A stretch of 52,129 nt of DNA from positions 1-52,129 of IMG/VR virus record IMGVR_UViG_3300020469_000065, one strand, 5' to 3'. The stretch's first letter is position 1. Every line of letters begins with the position of its first letter. Below the pieces are notes generated by a model. The model was not told where the DNA came from, did no database searches, and saw only the letters and a program-made list of their open reading frames with translations. Shown in pieces: positions 47,618 to 52,129 of the stretch. Both the position numbers and the translations under genes were made by a program. The stretch comes from a virus (Duplodnaviria > Caudoviricetes).

Positions 47618-48325
47618 ATGACCAGCAAATCAATTGAATTATACGGCGACGGCATTGGTCGCGTCGATTATGTAAATCATATGGGTGACGACCTTACCGT
47701 CGTAAACTCTGCCCGAGTATCATTCGGAGTAGAAAAGGAGAATTTAGATGAACGTGATAAGAAGCTTATCAACTACCTCATCAAACACAAACATACCTCT
47801 ACTCTTGAGCATAATCTCATTACTTTCAGGTTTAGTGTTCCTATGTTCGTTCGGTCTCAGCACCATCGTCATAGAACATGGTCTTATAATGAGATTAGTA
47901 GACGCTACACTGATGTAAACATCAACTTCTACGAACCAAAAGAGTTCAGAACACAACACAAGAGCAACCGGCAGGCAAGCAACGCCGAAGAGTTGATTGA
48001 TCCAGATCTGTTTCTCGCAGGAACACACAAGGTTGCGGCTTCCGAAGCATTCCGAGGACACAATAAGATTTCTCTGGAATTGTTCAACAGCCTTATCGAA
48101 GCAGGCGTTTGCCGAGAACAGGCAAGAGGGGTTCTACCACAGAACCTCTACACCGAATACTACGGCACAGTCAATCTGTCTAACCTCTTGAAGTTCATTG
48201 ACCTTCGCACACACGAAGGGGCACAATGGGAGATCCAAAAGGTTGCCGAGGCTTGTTTGGAAATTGCTACGGATCTGTTCCCTGAAACTGTGGGTGCTTA
48301 TCGTAGGATTAGGAACGAAGAATGA
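47618..48325 (+). CDS. thyX: Flavin-dependent thymidylate synthase
   Basis: VNSARVS, H.S.LEH, RHRTWSYNEISRRY signature, EQARGVLP, AQWEI. Confidence 0.95.
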   Translation: MTSKSIELYGDGIGRVDYVNHMGDDLTVVNSARVSFGVEKENLDERDKKLINYLIKHKHTSTLEHNLITFRFSVPMFVRSQHHRHRTWSYNEISRRYTDVNINFYEPKEFRTQHKSNRQASNAEELIDPDLFLAGTHKVAASEAFRGHNKISLELFNSLIEAGVCREQARGVLPQNLYTEYYGTVNLSNLLKFIDLRTHEGAQWEIQKVAEACLEIATDLFPETVGAYRRIRNEE

Positions 48326-48594
48326 TTACAATAAAAAGCACATTTAACTTGACCTCACAGACGTTTAGCGAATACTTTAATTCAAATATAGATTTGGAAA
48401 TTAGAAAGTATCGTGGACGAAAACGCCTTAGAAAGAAAAGAGCGAAAGCTGCCCTTAGAGCACGATGGATGGCGGAAAGTTTTTTATCTACTATTTCTCG
48501 CAGAATTGATTATCATTCGATTTGTGATCAGTTTATGGAGATTGAAGATTTAAGAATTCTTTCTGCAATACCTTTTAAGGAGAACGAAGAATGA
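48322..48594 (+). CDS. Cassette 1: 90-aa protein with capsid-like motifs
   Basis: Starts in the thyX-end repeat; ends KENEE*. Confidence 0.7.
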   Translation: MITIKSTFNLTSQTFSEYFNSNIDLEIRKYRGRKRLRKKRAKAALRARWMAESFLSTISRRIDYHSICDQFMEIEDLRILSAIPFKENEE

Positions 48595-48740
48595 AAAAGC
48601 AAAATAGCTTTCCACTTTGGTTTATGTTGGTGTTTATTGCACCGTTTATTTTTGGATATGCTCTTTGGGGCGAGTTTATTTATGGTGATTGGAAGTGTGG
48701 GTTTGCTGAATGTCGTATACTCAAGGAAAACGAAGAATGA
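48591..48740 (+). CDS. Cassette 2: 49-aa membrane peptide (not in ORF track)
   Basis: MKKQNSFPLWFMLVFIAPFIFGYALWGEFIYGDWKCGFAECRILKENEE*; repeat to repeat in frame. Confidence 0.75.
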   Translation: MKKQNSFPLWFMLVFIAPFIFGYALWGEFIYGDWKCGFAECRILKENEE

Positions 48741-48961
48741 GTGACAAACCAAAGGTTAAAGGGGACTTTTGCCCCCGTTGCGATAAAAATGTGAAATGGT
48801 TTCCTGTTCCTGATTCACTGGCCTCTTTCTGTAAAGGGTGCGGTTTTGTAAGAGTAGGGTTTGGCGAGACAGATGAAAGTGGAATAAGACTTTATGATGT
48901 TGGAGCCACGATACAACAGTGGTTAGAAAATGTTTTTGGCACGAAGGAGAACGAAGAATGA
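48737..48961 (+). CDS. Cassette 3: 74-aa Zn-ribbon-like protein
   Basis: MSDKPK...CPRC...CKGC...KENEE*. Confidence 0.75.
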   Translation: MSDKPKVKGDFCPRCDKNVKWFPVPDSLASFCKGCGFVRVGFGETDESGIRLYDVGATIQQWLENVFGTKENEE

Positions 48962-49182
48962 AAGTTGGTGATAAAGTTCAGTATTGTGGCTACGACACCC
49001 TTGGCGCAACAGGCGAGATCATAAGAGAAAAAGAAAAAACTCTTTACTATAGTAAGTGGGAACGCGAAGGTGACGATAGGTATTGTATGTGTTATCTTGT
49101 AAGATACACAATGCCAAACGGCAAGACTATCAACAATGTTGCGAGAATAGAAGATCTAAAACTACTGGAGAACGAAGAATGA
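48958..49182 (+). CDS. Cassette 4: 74-aa MKVGD (KOW/SH3-like) protein
   Basis: MKVGDKVQY...GATGEII...YLVRY...DLKLLENEE*. Confidence 0.75.
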   Translation: MKVGDKVQYCGYDTLGATGEIIREKEKTLYYSKWEREGDDRYCMCYLVRYTMPNGKTINNVARIEDLKLLENEE

Positions 49183-49460
49183 GTGACAATGAAAAACGAC
49201 TGCTTAAATCCTTGATGGGCTTTTCAAATGCACACAGTATTTTGCTGGAAAGGTGCAGGAGATTAAAGAGAGATTTTGATTCTGCTATATCTTATGGTGA
49301 TATCGTTGATGATGGGATGGATACTGCTGCTGAACTACTTTCAAGATTTCTTGAGGATGTGTTCCTGTTGGAGAACGAAGAAGACACTGCTTATCTAAAA
49401 AAGAATCTTTTTGAATCACTTAAAGTGCCAAAAGAGTTTCTTAAGGAGAACGAAGAATGA
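49179..49460 (+). CDS. Cassette 5: 93-aa protein with portal-like C-terminal segment
   Basis: MSDNEK...LLENEE-DTAYLKKNLFESLKVPKEFL-KENEE*. Confidence 0.75.
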   Translation: MSDNEKRLLKSLMGFSNAHSILLERCRRLKRDFDSAISYGDIVDDGMDTAAELLSRFLEDVFLLENEEDTAYLKKNLFESLKVPKEFLKENEE

Positions 49461-49831
49461 AAGTCGGTGATCTGATAACTCCACAAGGAGACAACATCTT
49501 TGTTGTTTTCCAAAAGAAGTGGATTATGTCGCGCCCCCGTTATGCAAGTATGGGAGCACCACCAAGTGCTGATTTTTATCCACAAAGCACCACCGAGCAT
49601 CGTGTTGCAGAAGTTGCCGAGGACAATCAAATCTTGTTCCAAGGATTGACTTTGGGTGTTTGGCCAAGCGAAGAGTTTAAGGTTGCGATTTTCAATGAAG
49701 AAGAATACCGAGTCTATCTAAACGAGAACTACATTAAGTGCTTTTATTGTAGTTCTGTTTTCAGCATCAATCAATTTGATGACGATTACGCTATCTGCGG
49801 CAAGTGCCGAGATGAGGAGAACGAAGAATGA
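49457..49831 (+). CDS. Cassette 6: 124-aa MKVGD protein with C-terminal CxxC..CxxC
   Basis: MKVGDLI...CFYC...CGKCRDEENEE*. Confidence 0.75.
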   Translation: MKVGDLITPQGDNIFVVFQKKWIMSRPRYASMGAPPSADFYPQSTTEHRVAEVAEDNQILFQGLTLGVWPSEEFKVAIFNEEEYRVYLNENYIKCFYCSSVFSINQFDDDYAICGKCRDEENEE

Positions 49832-50034
49832 AAGTCGGTGATAAAGTTCGTCTTGCTCATTTCCACGGCTCTACCGGAGATCAAATCTTGGCTGAAAGCG
49901 GAGCCGCAGGAGTAATCAAGAGCATTGAAGAAGAACCTGAACCAAATGTTCTTACACGATGTGTAGAAGTTCAGTGGAACGACGGCATCAGTTGGCACTT
50001 TCGGCATACACTTATTTTGGAGAACGAAGAATGA
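49828..50034 (+). CDS. Cassette 7: 68-aa MKVGD (KOW/SH3-like) protein
   Basis: MKVGDKVRL...GVIKSI...VEVQWNDG...LILENEE*. Confidence 0.75.
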   Translation: MKVGDKVRLAHFHGSTGDQILAESGAAGVIKSIEEEPEPNVLTRCVEVQWNDGISWHFRHTLILENEE

Positions 50035-50132
50035 TTGAATACCACCAGTTTGCATATTTTATTGCAGTAATATGGACCACTTGTATGGTCACTTTCTTTT
50101 GGCTTATATCAAGGCTAGGACCAAAGAAGTGA
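50031..50132 (+). CDS. Terminal 33-aa hydrophobic peptide after the last repeat (not in ORF track)
   Basis: MIEYHQFAYFIAVIWTTCMVTFFWLISRLGPKK*; starts at the repeat ATG. Confidence 0.6.
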   Translation: MIEYHQFAYFIAVIWTTCMVTFFWLISRLGPKK

Positions 50133-50139
50133 CTATTTA
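50132..50139 (+). promoter_or_regulatory. ACTATTTA putative late promoter element
   Basis: Before the GGAG RBS of 50155. Confidence 0.65.
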
Positions 50140-50154
50140 TACTCGGAGAACCAA

Positions 50155-50823
50155 ATGAAAAAGATTATAAACGAATGGAATAGCTTTCTAAATGAAAGTT
50201 CAATTAGCCGCACTTACGAACACATACTCAATCACGACACAGCGTTTATCACAGCGTTCCGTGATGATCCCGGCGATCCTACTAAATGTAGAAAACCATC
50301 TAAACTAAAAAAGGTACAGGTCCCTGCCGCAAAACAGCGAAGCATGATTCAATCAAACAAAGAAAGAAACATGTTCTTAAAGGCTGCTCTATTGGAAAGA
50401 GGATACGGAGTCACTGATGTTGACGGTACCTACGTTGAAGACTTTGGAACTGATGCAGCGAAAGAAGTAAAAGAAGATTCATTCTTCGTTGTTAATTTGA
50501 ACGATGACCCTTCCTTTAAGGGATTTCTTAACGGGTTATCAGAACACTTCTGCCAGGACTCTTTCTTATATGTCAATCGTGGTGGGGAGAGTTCAGTGCT
50601 TATCGGCACCAATGACAGTGAATTCCCTGGTTTTGGAAATCAAGCGCCGATGGGCTCATTCTTGGGCGGCAAGGAAGGAGAATTCATGACTCGTGTTGGT
50701 AAGTCTAAGCGCCCTATTAAGTTTGCTGAAGGTCTTGATACAAAAAAGAAATCTCAGAACAACACCAAGTTTCTTATTTCTAAATTTTCTAAAGAATTGT
50801 TAAAAGAAATCAAGGGAGGATAA
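50155..50823 (+). CDS. Hypothetical protein, probably late/virion-associated
   Basis: MKKIINEWNSFLNE leader; ITAFR, G.YVE, E.SFFV, FCQDS. Confidence 0.75.
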   Translation: MKKIINEWNSFLNESSISRTYEHILNHDTAFITAFRDDPGDPTKCRKPSKLKKVQVPAAKQRSMIQSNKERNMFLKAALLERGYGVTDVDGTYVEDFGTDAAKEVKEDSFFVVNLNDDPSFKGFLNGLSEHFCQDSFLYVNRGGESSVLIGTNDSEFPGFGNQAPMGSFLGGKEGEFMTRVGKSKRPIKFAEGLDTKKKSQNNTKFLISKFSKELLKEIKGG

Positions 50824-51714
50824 TTGAACCCATACTACGACGAAATCGTAGTTGGTTCCTCGCTTCGCGCTCTACTCTTTGCCTCCTCACGGGGGCTTCC
50901 TGTATTTTTCAGCAAGCCAGAGAAGCCATTTGAGTTTGAACATTTTGGATTAACGATCAACTTGTCAAGTTGGGCTCTCCATAACGAACCTCAACAATGG
51001 ACAACACCGGAAGGAGTAGAACTAACAGGGCAACCAAAGATTGCCTTATGGGAACACCTTCGCTTTGTTCTGGGTTTGAAGGGGCTTACTCCGTTTTCTG
51101 ATCTCTGTTATTCACTTCGCCTTGACGACAATTCCTTGACAGGGCATTCAGAGTATGCTAAACTAAGGACAATAGAGTTTGGCGTGTGTCATTACTTTGA
51201 CGAGCGTGCCACCTACAACCTACTATCCTGCGAGAACAAACAAAAGACTTATCACGTTTATGATAGATTAGCATTTATACGAGGAGGAAAACACCACCTT
51301 GATCTGATAGAGGGCGATGACCTGTTTTGCAATAAGATATGGTTTTATCCTACCCCCAGAGTAGATGGCAGAAACCCGTTTAAAGACGCCTGCGTGCTTT
51401 CGATTTTATCAGACGACCAGATAGACGACTTTGATTTTTCAGAGACCATAGTGAGGCTCACAACCACCCAGAAAATGAAAGACTTAGGATTGAGAGGACC
51501 AAGAAATGGCTACCAATACGACGGATCGATACGATACAGAAGTTTCAAGGTTGAAGCAATCAATCGTAGCAAATTTGTATCAACTCCTCCGCTATGGCTG
51601 GAGACGGATACGATCAAAGTTCCCAAAGTTAGCGAAGAAGAACTCCTCTCGCAACTCCCAGAGATCGCAGAAAGAAACAAAAACATTTTAGAGCACCTAT
51701 GGCAAAACATTTAG
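50824..51714 (+). CDS. Hypothetical protein with degenerate Rossmann-like N-terminus
   Basis: TTG start with GGAGG RBS; YDEIVVGSSLRALLFA resembles D.IVVG.G..GL.AA. Confidence 0.6.
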   Translation: MNPYYDEIVVGSSLRALLFASSRGLPVFFSKPEKPFEFEHFGLTINLSSWALHNEPQQWTTPEGVELTGQPKIALWEHLRFVLGLKGLTPFSDLCYSLRLDDNSLTGHSEYAKLRTIEFGVCHYFDERATYNLLSCENKQKTYHVYDRLAFIRGGKHHLDLIEGDDLFCNKIWFYPTPRVDGRNPFKDACVLSILSDDQIDDFDFSETIVRLTTTQKMKDLGLRGPRNGYQYDGSIRYRSFKVEAINRSKFVSTPPLWLETDTIKVPKVSEEELLSQLPEIAERNKNILEHLWQNI

Positions 51715-52129
51715 CAGGCATTATACCACTGGCAAACTTTGACGACAACTACAAGTTGCCATACGATTCTTTTATGCTTCCCATTCAAAATGACTTCACC
51801 CTTATCCAGAAGTCAGTGTTTGAGTGTGCGATGGCAGGCTGCTCTACTATTTGGATTGTAGCCAACGATGATCTTGCTCCGTTGGTAAAGAAGCACATTG
51901 GTGAGTGGGTGTATGATCCTGTTTACTTTTGGGACAACTATGTAAACAACCACATTGTTCAGCGCAGGACACACATACCTATTTACTATGTCCCGATTCT
52001 ACCAAAGGACAGAGACAGACGTGATAGTTATGGCTGGTCTGCCTTGTTCGGTATGCATTCTGCGTGGTGGGTTTCTTTCAGGATCTCCAAGTGGGTCATC
52101 CCAAAGAAATACTTTGTGTCGTTTCCACA
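51699..52129 (+). CDS. Nucleotidyltransferase-like protein (partial, runs off right edge; not in ORF track)
   Basis: MAKHLAGIIPLAN...MLPI....TLIQKSVFECAMAGCSTIWIVAN resembles the N-terminus of sugar-phosphate nucleotidyltransferases; open to window end. Confidence 0.6.
   Translation, partial: MAKHLAGIIPLANFDDNYKLPYDSFMLPIQNDFTLIQKSVFECAMAGCSTIWIVANDDLAPLVKKHIGEWVYDPVYFWDNYVNNHIVQRRTHIPIYYVPILPKDRDRRDSYGWSALFGMHSAWWVSFRISKWVIPKKYFVSFP

Larger units (their letters stand above)
48310..50034 (+). repeat. Dispersed 16-bp direct repeat GGAGAACGAAGAATGA at every gene junction (8 junction copies + 1 internal partial copy)
   Basis: Perfect copies start at 48579, 48946, 49167, 49445, 49816, 50019; 1 mismatch at 48725; last 13 nt match at the thyX end (48313-48325); first 13 nt match internally at 49370. 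Confidence 0.95.

Noticed and set aside
48710-49460. Longer ORF-track starts at 48710, 48919 and 49083
   Set aside because: They overlap the upstream cassettes and merely read the repeat in another frame (G.RRM); the repeat ATG with its GGAG RBS is the coherent start.
48310-50034. CRISPR array interpretation of the 16-bp repeat
   Set aside because: The repeat is short and non-palindromic, the intervals are 146-371 bp and each is a full ORF, and no cas genes are present.
1-52129. Stop-codon reassignment (alternative genetic code)
   Set aside because: Core genes are intact in code 11, and TAA, TAG and TGA all terminate recognisable genes.
1-52129. tRNA or rRNA genes
   Set aside because: Intergenic gaps are short and none shows a cloverleaf with a T-loop GTTCRA in proper context; tRNAscan-SE would confirm.

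Overview
A 52-kb segment of a large T4-like (myovirus) bacteriophage genome with essentially all genes on the + strand in standard code. Roughly 1-36.4 kb is a virion module: large terminase, portal, prohead protease, a phage-encoded ribosomal protein bS21, four paralogous fibre/decoration proteins, scaffold, gp23-type major capsid, neck, tail sheath, tube, chaperone, tape measure and baseplate. Roughly 36.4-48.3 kb is a replication and nucleotide module: compact family-A polymerase, divergent tubulin/FtsZ-like protein, gp32-like SSB, RecA, 5'-3' exonuclease, DnaB, class II RNR, GroES-like protein, amidase and ThyX. Two promoter classes are visible: sigma70-type promoters before replication genes and a recurrent ACTATTTA motif before structural genes. 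The most unusual elements are: (1) an array of small gene cassettes behind thyX, each delimited by the 16-bp repeat GGAGAACGAAGAATGA, which is RBS, stop and start at once, with two cassettes carrying short mimics of conserved portal and capsid motifs; (2) a predicted three-way-junction RNA with two complementary 9-nt kissing loops just downstream of the capsid gene; (3) a probable +1/-2 frameshift in the tail chaperone; (4) promoter-overlapping hairpins that would hide ribosome-binding sites on read-through transcripts. All product calls come from motif recognition by eye; no database search was run.
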